A stretch of 64,000 nt of DNA from a virus: positions 1-64,000 of the IMG/VR virus record IMGVR_UViG_3300009514_000006; one strand, given 5' to 3'. Below the pieces are notes generated by a model that saw only the letters and a list, made by a program, of their open reading frames with translations, ran no database searches and was not told the origin of the DNA. Below, in pieces: positions 56,021-64,000 of the stretch. Every line of letters starts with the position of its first letter. Positions within the stretch are counted from its first letter, which is position 1. The translations under genes were made by a program, and so were the position numbers.

Positions 56021-57076
56021 TTAAATTACGGTTATAAGAGGCTTGCCGACTTCCAGTTCCGAATCAATTAACGTGGTTGACTGTCCCTCGGCCGTAGCTA
56101 TCAAACTAATATTAAACTGAGTAACAAGGTCTTCCAGAGGCTCAAACACATCAAAGGGATACATGAACTGAAGGTTTAGAGCCCTCATATATGCCATATC
56201 TGGTAGGTAATCTGTCCTAGGCAGGAAATCAGTACCGCCCATCTTAAGATTGATCACTCCTTGTCCCTCTAGAAACAGACGAGAAAGAGTCAAAATAGCC
56301 TTAAGAATTGTGTACAGATAAATTGTCTGCTCAGGATTAGAGCCAATTACCTGCACTTGATATGACAAGCTGTAAAGGGAACCCTTACGCTCAACAAATT
56401 GTCTATTGTTACGAGCATCATAGAGACTCGAAGGTTCCCCAAGAACCTCCATAGCCTCCTTGCGTATTTCAATGATACTAGTGTTGTCTGGAACAACTGT
56501 CCAGGCTGGCGTAACTACCAGGGTACTGTTAGTGTTGGACACCACATCACGGACCTGTCCAGCACCTGTGCCCCCAATAATATGAAGGGTCCTTCGCCCA
56601 AGGGGGAAGCCTTCTGAACTAGCAAAGTCATTAATCACCATCGATACTGAAGGCGGCATAATAACTGAGGTAGGGGTACCACTTGCGGCCCTAGTAGGAG
56701 GCAGCATGACCGATCCCAGACCTGACATGTTGGACACAGATCCAGCACCCATCAGCACTTCAGGAGGAATTCCTCCATCATAATCAAAAGGCTCAAAGCC
56801 TTCATAACCCATACTATCACCAAGATATACACCCTGCCTCTCAGGCGCTTCATTCTCTGAGCGGAGCAGGATAACAATAGCAGGTACCTTAAGGGTATCT
56901 CTTGGGTAGTTGATGGTCAGATCGATAGAATTGTTCGTAATGAAACTACGAATCTGTTCTTGATCAGATTGGCTAAGATTACGAAATAGCTGATCTATAA
57001 AACGAGAATCATTACGAAGAGTCTTAATTCCTCGTACGATAGTAGTTTGCAAAACGAATTCTGGTATTAAAGAAAT
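56021..57076 (-). CDS. tail completion/terminator-like protein (start probably ATT 57076; track uses TTG 57052)
   Basis: Precedes the sheath; YQVQVIGSNP...YLYTILK..L; GGGAG sits 8 nt before the ATT. Confidence 0.65.
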   Translation of the reverse strand: MSLIPEFVLQTTIVRGIKTLRNDSRFIDQLFRNLSQSDQEQIRSFITNNSIDLTINYPRDTLKVPAIVILLRSENEAPERQGVYLGDSMGYEGFEPFDYDGGIPPEVLMGAGSVSNMSGLGSVMLPPTRAASGTPTSVIMPPSVSMVINDFASSEGFPLGRRTLHIIGGTGAGQVRDVVSNTNSTLVVTPAWTVVPDNTSIIEIRKEAMEVLGEPSSLYDARNNRQFVERKGSLYSLSYQVQVIGSNPEQTIYLYTILKAILTLSRLFLEGQGVINLKMGGTDFLPRTDYLPDMAYMRALNLQFMYPFDVFEPLEDLVTQFNISLIATAEGQSTTLIDSELEVGKPLITVI

Positions 57077-57092
57077 GGCTAATACTCCCGTA

Positions 57093-57542
57093 TTAGATTG
57101 TCATTCGAGACGCTAAGAAATCGTTAATGACTTCAGGAATCTGTTCTTGAACGGACGCCTCAAGTTTCTCTCGTTCTCCTGTAACATCGTAAGGAACCTC
57201 ACGAGCCGGGTACCACCACCCAGAAGAGTAAGAATATACGTTACGATAGACGCCGCCACCAAAAGGAATTACCCGTTTGCTGCCGCCGCGTAGAAAACCA
57301 GACTTAAGGTCATAGCCAGGTGCTGTCCGCGTTGCGTTCCCTCGTTCTCCGTGAACATCATGCATTACCTTAGCCACATGCAACCGAGTACCAATCATCT
57401 CTACTTTAAAACCTTCGTGACCTGCTTCTGCCAAGCGCTGCTCTAGCTCCCCAGGAATATGCTGTAGCATCTCCTCAAAGAGACCCTCGTAACCTACCGT
57501 AATACTACGGAACCATTTTTCTATAGTCTTAAAGTCAGCCAT
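57093..57542 (-). CDS. hypothetical neck/virion morphogenesis protein
   Basis: 149 aa, contains YDLKSGFL..., in the head-tail joining cluster. Confidence 0.6.
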   Translation of the reverse strand: MADFKTIEKWFRSITVGYEGLFEEMLQHIPGELEQRLAEAGHEGFKVEMIGTRLHVAKVMHDVHGERGNATRTAPGYDLKSGFLRGGSKRVIPFGGGVYRNVYSYSSGWWYPAREVPYDVTGEREKLEASVQEQIPEVINDFLASRMTI

Positions 57543-58354
57543 TAGCAGTCCAACCGGGACTTAAGAGAAACTTTATCGGTAGGAGTAGCCAGTGGACTCG
57601 TATTAACAAAAGCGATATGTCTTTTGCGTAGGTACACTAACTCGCCCAAGTTCTTACCATCCCTGTCTCGACGCTCCATGGGCGCCCTAAACACAAGCCA
57701 CTCAAAGTAGGCATTGTACTTGATAGAGAAGCGAGTACCGACAGAGGGCTGATTGCCAACCCAACGAATAAGCCGGCCAGGACCCAGCTCAAAGTCAGTA
57801 CCCTCTTTGTAAACCCGATCAAACTCATCCTCACACCAGATGGCGCTAGCCGGCTCGTACCAGAGACGGTCTTCGTTGTCCACCAAAGAGGTCCTGTAGC
57901 CTTCGTTTCGGCTTAGGGAACCCGCTCCCCGGATAAGAACATGCCCGTCATTAAGCGGCTCAGGCCACGTAGCAGTGAGCTTATCATTAGCTCCAATTAC
58001 TCGGGTCATATTCGACGAGCAATCAGATTCTGACAGTTGCGGGCTAAACACCGCGTCACCAGGTTCGGCAATCCCAGTATCAATAATATTCTTCTGAAAC
58101 CGTATCCCAGTAATGGTCCCAGTAAGAAGTGCAGGCGCCCTAAAGAGCCAGCCATCATTACCACAGCGATCACAAAAGGGATCTCGTCGTCTTTGAGCGG
58201 CGTCATCTTGGAGACCTGCGTAGACATCCTCTACGCGACAAGTACAAGCTACACCAATCTCGTGGAGCATTTGGAGCCCACGATTATTAATGAGCCCTTC
58301 CTGTAAGCCAGGCTCAAAATCGATACCTAAACCTCTATTAAGACCCTTAGCCAC
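57542..58354 (-). CDS. neck / head-tail connector-like protein
   Basis: CTC...C..C.NDGW.F motif and a position upstream of tail completion genes. Confidence 0.6.
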   Translation of the reverse strand: MAKGLNRGLGIDFEPGLQEGLINNRGLQMLHEIGVACTCRVEDVYAGLQDDAAQRRRDPFCDRCGNDGWLFRAPALLTGTITGIRFQKNIIDTGIAEPGDAVFSPQLSESDCSSNMTRVIGANDKLTATWPEPLNDGHVLIRGAGSLSRNEGYRTSLVDNEDRLWYEPASAIWCEDEFDRVYKEGTDFELGPGRLIRWVGNQPSVGTRFSIKYNAYFEWLVFRAPMERRDRDGKNLGELVYLRKRHIAFVNTSPLATPTDKVSLKSRLDC

Positions 58355-58360
58355 TAGTGG

Positions 58361-58389
58361 ATTCTATTCTTAAAAGCCCTTAAAGTCAA
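58361..58389 (-). promoter_or_regulatory. sigma70-type promoter, probably leaderless
   Basis: TTGACT-N17-TAGAAT; the GTG at 58354 is 7 nt downstream of the -10. Confidence 0.7.
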
Positions 58390-58431
58390 GCTATTTGTAC
58401 AGCTGATTTGTCTTGACTATTGCCATAGCAA

Positions 58432-59079
58432 TCAGACTTTTACAGACACAAAAGCACCAGAAGACAATCGTTTCGTACCAAGCGCAACAGTACCAGGGTG
58501 CGATTTAGGAGCAGTCTCATGCTCGGGCCGTAGGTCTGGGATGTACCGCTGTATTATCAATATATGATCATATATAACCGTGGCGCGGTACACATCTGAA
58601 GCTTGGCCCCTATTGTCGTCCACAAGAAGGTATCCTTGTTGCGGCAAGTTTTGTACAACCCTGCCTACTATCACTGTCCTATGTCCGCCCTTCCTGGCAG
58701 ATCTAGAACGGTCATTCGGTTCCAATACCTTCTGCTTATTCGGAAGAATCTTAGGAAGCAAATGCCACCCTGGCTTCATCGCTATGCGAACCACATCCCC
58801 TGGTTTGAGATCAGTAATATGCACAACGATAGGAGGAGTAGGATCTTCAAAAGTCAGGTACCTAATATCAAGACTAGATTCATCTGAAGGCGGGTCTACC
58901 AAAGCGACTACCCCGGCAGAGGGGTCAGTCTCTACAAAGGCTGTGTCTTGACAAAGAATCCCGTTAACGAATACGTGAACAGTTCCAGGCAGATATGGAG
59001 GAAATCTAACAACAAATGTAGTACGTACACCATCAACACTGATCGTATGGTCCTCTATTAATTCAATGGGATTAGGCAA
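58432..59079 (-). CDS. virion-associated protein (DGxxxxF beta module plus SH3/KOW-like C-domain)
   Basis: VDGVRTTF...GTVHVFVNG; DLKPGDVVRI. Confidence 0.55.
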   Translation of the reverse strand: MPNPIELIEDHTISVDGVRTTFVVRFPPYLPGTVHVFVNGILCQDTAFVETDPSAGVVALVDPPSDESSLDIRYLTFEDPTPPIVVHITDLKPGDVVRIAMKPGWHLLPKILPNKQKVLEPNDRSRSARKGGHRTVIVGRVVQNLPQQGYLLVDDNRGQASDVYRATVIYDHILIIQRYIPDLRPEHETAPKSHPGTVALGTKRLSSGAFVSVKV

Positions 59080-59080
59080 C

Positions 59081-59305
59081 CTACACCACCGTAGTATAAT
59101 GAACCTGGAGAAATTCCCAAGATTCTAGTATCTCATTAATCCTAAAAGTGGTTCCACCTAACTCTACAACACATACTTTCTGGGTTAGCTGACCGTTCCT
59201 AAAGGCACGGACAGTACCCACCACATAAGTCGCTGAGGTGTTGAAGGTGTCGTTAGCACCGTCGAGAACACCGATTGCATCTTCTATGATACTCTTACGT
59301 CCCAT
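59081..59305 (-). CDS. small virion-associated beta module protein
   Basis: GVLDGANDTF...GTVRAFRNGQL. Confidence 0.6.
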   Translation of the reverse strand: MGRKSIIEDAIGVLDGANDTFNTSATYVVGTVRAFRNGQLTQKVCVVELGGTTFRINEILESWEFLQVHYTTVV

Positions 59306-59309
59306 AAGG

Positions 59310-60332
59310 TCACGAAGAGACCGGAGTAAAATCTATTATAATGATATCACCTGGTTGTGGTGCTTCGGAAAACGTTATGATATCATACCCTTCAGTGGCT
59401 ATGGACTCAGTCGCCTCATAATCGTTACCAGAACCTTCTTTCTGGCTGGCTCCGTTCAAGTACACTCTTTCTTTAATTGTAGTATCGCGTTGCCATTTAA
59501 CGGTAGACGTAAATACTGTGTTGAAACCGTCGATAACCCCGGTTAATGGTTGATCGTAAGATCTGGCGTCTTCGACTATGGTGACATCGCCACCGACACT
59601 AATTACATCACCGGCAACTACTCCAACGTTACTCACATTACCGATAAGATCGTCGTCTACGAAGCTAACATTACCACCGATATCTCCGATAGCGTCACCA
59701 AAGACGTTAAAGACATTGGTGGTGGTATTGATGGCTGTGCTACCAATATACCTGAAGCCCATAACGTAAGGATTGGCAACCGAGAAGTCGCTGGAGAGGA
59801 GGAGGATGCCTGTAGCATAGTCCCAAAACCAAGCAACCTTTTTATTTGCTCCTGTTCCAGTTGTGCCTGTAGTCGTGAACACTTCGGTACCCCCAGATCC
59901 AGGATCGCCCTCAAACAGGCGAACAGTATACCCCGTACTCGGAAGACCGTTTGCTAGGGGTACAAACTGTGGGAGAATCCAGTTATTCAATCTGCTACTG
60001 GTAAAATCCCCATACGTAGACAAGGCCATGTAGGTACCAGCGGTACCAGGAACAGGGGTTAATCGAATAGAGTTAGCCGGAACACTGAGGTCCTGTACTA
60101 TGTCCTCTAGAGGATTACCAACCGAAGCTAAGGTCTGTGCGGTAGTAATGTTAACGGCTGGATTAGCCAATAGCACAGACAAATCTGGGTCCGTCCATAC
60201 GCTACCACCGGCTGACACAAAGGCGTTGGGAGTAACGCTCTCATACCAAGCCTTGGCTGGATCTGCATCTTTAACTCCGGCAATCAGAGCTTTAGATGCA
60301 ATTTTGATTTCTTCAGCGTCGGTGAAGGACAA
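59310..60332 (-). CDS. virion fibre/decoration protein
   Basis: WFWDYATGIL; C-terminal GVIDGFNTVFT...VYLNG..Q..G..NDY module. Confidence 0.6.
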   Translation of the reverse strand: MSFTDAEEIKIASKALIAGVKDADPAKAWYESVTPNAFVSAGGSVWTDPDLSVLLANPAVNITTAQTLASVGNPLEDIVQDLSVPANSIRLTPVPGTAGTYMALSTYGDFTSSRLNNWILPQFVPLANGLPSTGYTVRLFEGDPGSGGTEVFTTTGTTGTGANKKVAWFWDYATGILLLSSDFSVANPYVMGFRYIGSTAINTTTNVFNVFGDAIGDIGGNVSFVDDDLIGNVSNVGVVAGDVISVGGDVTIVEDARSYDQPLTGVIDGFNTVFTSTVKWQRDTTIKERVYLNGASQKEGSGNDYEATESIATEGYDIITFSEAPQPGDIIIIDFTPVSS

Positions 60333-60335
60333 AAA

Positions 60336-60545
60336 TTATCTCTCCTTAATTTTAGTGGTTAAGGAGACGTTGCTGCCGGTTATTCGGTTATATTTGGATA
60401 ATTTAGACGAATGACGATCAATGCGACATTCTTTACAGTACCTGTCTAACCCTGACTTCCGGGCTGCGAAGTACTCTGAGGCGGGCTTCTCATGCTCACA
60501 TTTTTGGCACTTAAATAGCATCTCAAATAAATACCCTACAGTCAA
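60336..60545 (-). CDS. Zn-finger protein resembling the N-terminal finger of phage HNH endonucleases (no nuclease domain)
   Basis: KCQKCEHEKP.SEYF...SGLDRYCKEC. Confidence 0.6.
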   Translation of the reverse strand: MTVGYLFEMLFKCQKCEHEKPASEYFAARKSGLDRYCKECRIDRHSSKLSKYNRITGSNVSLTTKIKER

Positions 60546-60652
60546 TCAGACTGGTCTTCAGCTAGAAACTGAAATACTGATTTTCTGAACTCATTTAGGG
60601 GAAGATGGTGAACAATAACCATGCCATCTGTAGCCTTAATGCTGATGGACAC
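60542..60652 (-). CDS. possible small ORF (36 aa)
   Basis: GTG start with AAGGAAG upstream, directly behind the promoter; its stop overlaps the next start. Confidence 0.4.
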   Translation of the reverse strand: MSISIKATDGMVIVHHLPLNEFRKSVFQFLAEDQSD

Positions 60653-60677
60653 AGTTTTTGCTTCCTTATTGATATTT

Positions 60678-60705
60678 ATTTTAACAGGTTCTGTAAACAT
60701 GTCAA
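60678..60705 (-). promoter_or_regulatory. sigma70-type promoter
   Basis: TTGACA-N16-TAAAAT with an extended TG. Confidence 0.65.
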
Positions 60706-60717
60706 ATTATTCTATAC

Positions 60718-62718
60718 TTAGAAGAAAGAAACTGCAACAGAATTTATCTTTACTGTTGCATTGAGAATCTTTATGTGTACGTAAATTCCTGTATCTGCTG
60801 GCTTAGTGGCAAATGTACAATTGATAGTATTGCCTGAACTGCTACCCTCTCGGATACCAGATCCTGATACCGTTAATCCATCATCAAAGAAGGCCACATT
60901 AAAACTGACATGGGGCCTTAGAGGCTGGTTATTCCCAGGAGGAGGACCGTACACTCCTGTAGTGGCCACCGGAATCGCTATTCGATATACATAAATCTCA
61001 ACATTACCGGCAATCAAATCACTTAACATATTTGCTCCGGCAAAAGTACCGGAGAAAACCATACTGAACGAGTTAATAACAACACCTGGAGTCTGTGTAA
61101 ATCGTCTACCATAGTTTCGTCCAGAACCCACAGTTAGACTCGTGTAATCGGGATTAGTACCGCCAACTGAAGGAGCAAACGAAGTCCAATTAGAATTGGA
61201 GGTATTGGGACCACTAGGAGATTGAATCAAAGTAGTGGCGGTCGGTACTACCAGTTGAGAATTCCACACCTGTAAGTTGCTGGTACCAACAAGAGTAGCG
61301 GTGCTAGAAAACGAACCCGCCCCAGAGAAAGATCCAGCACTAGCCAACGCACCTATACCATCAATATTCTCCCTGCGTGCCTCATCATCAAAACCCTCAT
61401 AGAGAGCAGTGCTGGTGACTCCGTATGTATCTACCAGAATGGAGGCATTAGGAGAGGATACTGAAGAACCAATGTTCCAGGTGTCTTGAGGCTTAGCGGA
61501 GACGTCGGCAGTATTTCCTAGGAACCTATAGTTACTAGCAGTAATAGACCAATCCGTGATTTGGTAATCTACATCATTTTGGTTATCAGCGAATGTATAG
61601 CCACTGAAATTTGCAGAGCCAGTACCGAAAGGTGAATGATTAAGGATAGGTAGACCATACTCAGTTCCCGTAAACACCAAGTTACTAGCAGTCTTGGCTG
61701 TGTTTTTATTCAATTGATTGATGTCTGTTACACCACCAGTGAACTTACTATTTAGGATGTAGTACTCCACACCACTAAGATGTTTCGTCAGCACCTGACC
61801 GGGGGTCTCTATGATAGAAACAGTGCCATTTATGTAAGCAGTAGTGGGATCTGTATCCAAGAAAACTGAAGGCTGGTTAAAGGGCAACACCTGACCGCCA
61901 TCAGTTGCTGTGTCGGTAATATGTGTGGCCTCTACATGGTACAGACCACCGTCCCTACCTGCGCTGGTCAATATGTTCAGTATCTGTATAGAAACCGACG
62001 CCTTCGCTTGGAACTTATTGACATCAATACCGTAACCCGAGATTGTCACGGTAATGAAACCGCTGGTAGACACAAAAACACCGTTGTTCGTAATAGGAGG
62101 CGTAGTAAAACTGTCTAGAACAGCGACTCCGTTAGCGTCATACACCCGCACAACAAAAGTGCTATCGCCGCCAAAACCAGTAGTATTGGCAGGAGTGGTT
62201 AGTGTAATAGAAGTGGATCTTGAAGCATCGTGATTAGTAGCCCCTACTGTACCAGCACCGAAGGGATTCCCTTCGGCTACATTAGGCACAGCAATACGAG
62301 CGGACACCCGTTCAACCGGGTCAGTGACTCCTGTGGGCCAGTAAGGTTGGTATGCCGGGGCCGGGTGGTAGATTGTAACCTCAGAGGGACCGGTCTGAAT
62401 AGCTTCAACCTCAGATCCTCCTTTGAACACCAGTCTAGAAACATTAGTAAGAACTAATGTGTTATCATTGTCTACAGTTAACGAACCACCGCCCCCGCCA
62501 CCAATACCAGCTCCTGTAGGAGGGGTGTACCACCGAGCAGTGGGGTTGGCGTCAATAAGCTCTATGATCCTCTGTATTTGGGATCTAAGAGCATTGAAAT
62601 CAAACTCAGCCGTAGATATACCAGGACCAGGCTCCATTGTAGGACCCGCCGGAACGGTATCATCGTAAGCAGTGCTATTAAACAGCTGCTTATCTTGGCG
62701 TAGCTTGTTGTTGGCCAA
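60718..62718 (-). CDS. large virion fibre/decoration protein
   Basis: N-terminal DFNALRSQIQRII helix, Gly linker, then Thr/Ser/Gly-rich beta domains. Confidence 0.6.
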   Translation of the reverse strand: MANNKLRQDKQLFNSTAYDDTVPAGPTMEPGPGISTAEFDFNALRSQIQRIIELIDANPTARWYTPPTGAGIGGGGGGSLTVDNDNTLVLTNVSRLVFKGGSEVEAIQTGPSEVTIYHPAPAYQPYWPTGVTDPVERVSARIAVPNVAEGNPFGAGTVGATNHDASRSTSITLTTPANTTGFGGDSTFVVRVYDANGVAVLDSFTTPPITNNGVFVSTSGFITVTISGYGIDVNKFQAKASVSIQILNILTSAGRDGGLYHVEATHITDTATDGGQVLPFNQPSVFLDTDPTTAYINGTVSIIETPGQVLTKHLSGVEYYILNSKFTGGVTDINQLNKNTAKTASNLVFTGTEYGLPILNHSPFGTGSANFSGYTFADNQNDVDYQITDWSITASNYRFLGNTADVSAKPQDTWNIGSSVSSPNASILVDTYGVTSTALYEGFDDEARRENIDGIGALASAGSFSGAGSFSSTATLVGTSNLQVWNSQLVVPTATTLIQSPSGPNTSNSNWTSFAPSVGGTNPDYTSLTVGSGRNYGRRFTQTPGVVINSFSMVFSGTFAGANMLSDLIAGNVEIYVYRIAIPVATTGVYGPPPGNNQPLRPHVSFNVAFFDDGLTVSGSGIREGSSSGNTINCTFATKPADTGIYVHIKILNATVKINSVAVSFF

Positions 62719-62913
62719 TTATCGTCCTTTACGAGGCCAAACAAGGTGACCGCCCAGGAAACCCAGTATAAAGGCTATAGGAGTTCCGCCCTGGGCAATA
62801 ACTTCAGTTATTGTGTCCCCTTCAATACCATTGGAATACGCAATAATATCCCAAATGGTTATGACCGCTACGATACCCAAAAGAACAAAAATGGTAATTT
62901 TCCTTGTCGTCAC
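62719..62913 (-). CDS. small two-TM membrane protein
   Basis: Two hydrophobic segments, basic C-terminus. Confidence 0.6.
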   Translation of the reverse strand: MTTRKITIFVLLGIVAVITIWDIIAYSNGIEGDTITEVIAQGGTPIAFILGFLGGHLVWPRKGR

Positions 62914-63506
62914 GGGGTGGTCTCCTGTCTGATAATGCTGTAATGGCAGGTAAAATACTTGAAGGAGGAGTCTGTGAGATCATCATTAATTATAATCTTC
63001 ACATAATCATCTGTGTCGCCCCTTAGTCTTGTAATGCCACCAAAGCTTAGACTACTAGTCAAGATATCGTTCTTACCTTCATGACCATAGGCTAGTCCAG
63101 CCACTGGCGTAAGACGCACGAAATCCTCAGTCAGTTTATACCGATTAAACTCAGCTGCTATGCCATTGGATTTAATCTCCAAAGCTATGCCATTCACAAG
63201 AGGATTTATATAAGCGAAATGATTACCATCAGTAATAATTTCTTTAGCAACTAAGGTAAACCTAAGTTCAACTATATGCTCATCTATCTCCGGAGAGTCT
63301 CCTGGAATAGCGTCCAACTGAAAAATAACTGGAGTGGAGCTGCCGTCTACTAACAGACTTGTCTGCCCCGGCACGCCCACTTGCTCAAACAGGGCTGTAG
63401 TAACAAGAGACAAGTCTTCAGCTACAGCCTGACCTGACTGTAGCTGTAAAAAGTTCTTGCTATTCCCAGTTATGGTAATGAGCGGTGGAGTAAATACCGT
63501 GGTCAT
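62910..63506 (-). CDS. hypothetical virion-cluster protein
   Basis: SLLVDGSSTPVIF..., beta-rich 198 aa. Confidence 0.6.
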   Translation of the reverse strand: MTTVFTPPLITITGNSKNFLQLQSGQAVAEDLSLVTTALFEQVGVPGQTSLLVDGSSTPVIFQLDAIPGDSPEIDEHIVELRFTLVAKEIITDGNHFAYINPLVNGIALEIKSNGIAAEFNRYKLTEDFVRLTPVAGLAYGHEGKNDILTSSLSFGGITRLRGDTDDYVKIIINDDLTDSSFKYFTCHYSIIRQETTP

Positions 63507-63522
63507 TAATCTTCCTTATCGA

Positions 63523-63999
63523 TTAAGGAATCAATTTGTGGATATCGTTAATCTGCTCTTGCAATGCGTCATTCTTATGAGACAACTCCTTAACTGCTTC
63601 AATCAAAAGAGCTACAAGCCGATCATAATACACAGCCATAGTGCCAAGATCGTCTTCTTGCACATGGACCACTTCTGGGATCACCGCCAACACTTCTTGT
63701 GCGATGAGCCCTATTTCATGTCCATTACTGGTCCGCTCGTCTTTTTGTTCGATCCAGTCATAATATACACCCCTAAGCATCTGAACTTTAGATAGAGCAT
63801 CTGTCACTGTCTCAATATTTGTTTTATGTCTCTGATCTGACGACGTATGGTAGGTTCCGTGGGTACCTGACACATCGCCGTTCGTTGCAATCGAAAAAGT
63901 ATTGGCACCGAGAGCCGTGTTTGCGGTGAACTTGAATTTGTCCGAGTCACTGTTATCAATACCCGCAGACCAGCCCTGGACCCCGGCTATCTCGTACTC
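63523..63999 (-). CDS. fibre protein C-terminus with peptidase S74 intramolecular chaperone (5' truncated by window end)
   Basis: Frame is open to the window edge (..WSAGIDNSDSDKFK..); SSDQRHKTNI, LRGVYYDW, IGLIAQEV...PEVV, V.YD.LVALLIEAVKEL. Confidence 0.88.
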   Translation of the reverse strand, partial: EYEIAGVQGWSAGIDNSDSDKFKFTANTALGANTFSIATNGDVSGTHGTYHTSSDQRHKTNIETVTDALSKVQMLRGVYYDWIEQKDERTSNGHEIGLIAQEVLAVIPEVVHVQEDDLGTMAVYYDRLVALLIEAVKELSHKNDALQEQINDIHKLIP

Positions 64000-64000
64000 G

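Noticed and set aside
32208-58354. Stand-alone contractile injection system / tailocin
   Set aside because: It is contiguous with phage terminase, polymerase and neck genes, so it is a phage tail module.
1-64000. CRISPR array, rRNA, integrase, transposase, intron or intein
   Set aside because: No regularly spaced repeat-spacer units or rRNA-like tracts. TerL, PolA, DnaB, RecA and NrdJ are uninterrupted, and I saw no intein splice motifs.
1-64000. Stop-codon reassignment (alternative genetic code)
   Set aside because: Conserved genes are full length under the standard code and gene packing is dense, so recoding is not needed.
1-64000. Apparent abundance of CTAG and GATC sites
   Set aside because: A rough look at the first kilobase suggests near-random CTAG frequency. 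Without a k-mer count no enrichment or avoidance claim can be made.

Overview
A 64-kb segment of a large, contractile-tailed (myovirus-type) dsDNA bacteriophage genome, apparently lytic. No integrase, rRNA or CRISPR array is visible. Apart from a short + strand block at 1-1201, everything is encoded on the - strand, so transcription order runs from right to left. (1) 64000-58432: fibre/decoration genes, including a truncated fibre with a peptidase-S74 chaperone. (2) 58354-32208: neck, tail completion, sheath, tube, tail chaperones, tape measure, hub, spike, baseplate, tailspike, lectin proteins and holin/spanin-like genes. (3) 32208-15067: T4-like replication and recombination block (UvsW-type helicase, J-domain protein, class II RNR, DnaB helicase, DNA MTase, family A polymerase, UvsY-like, gp32-like SSB, RecA, SbcD/SbcC, RNase H, Holliday junction resolvase). 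(4) 14963-10316: NYN, MTase-fold, HExxH protease, TerL and TerS. (5) 10338-1188: accessory region (dNMP kinase, ThyA, pentapeptide-repeat protein, lipoproteins, Arc-type regulator, phosphoesterase, many small Zn-finger and membrane ORFs, and a tRNA-like element). Portal, capsid, primase and endolysin are not recognisable in the window. The most notable non-standard signals are gene-expression features: a promoter-driven structured ~200-nt leader before the tail tube gene, a candidate +1 frameshift at UCC-UUU-CGU in the tail chaperone, a probable AUU start under a GNRA hairpin, leaderless sigma70-type promoters, and a tRNA-like RNA with a 6-nt anticodon loop. Protein calls come from motif recognition by eye, not database searches.
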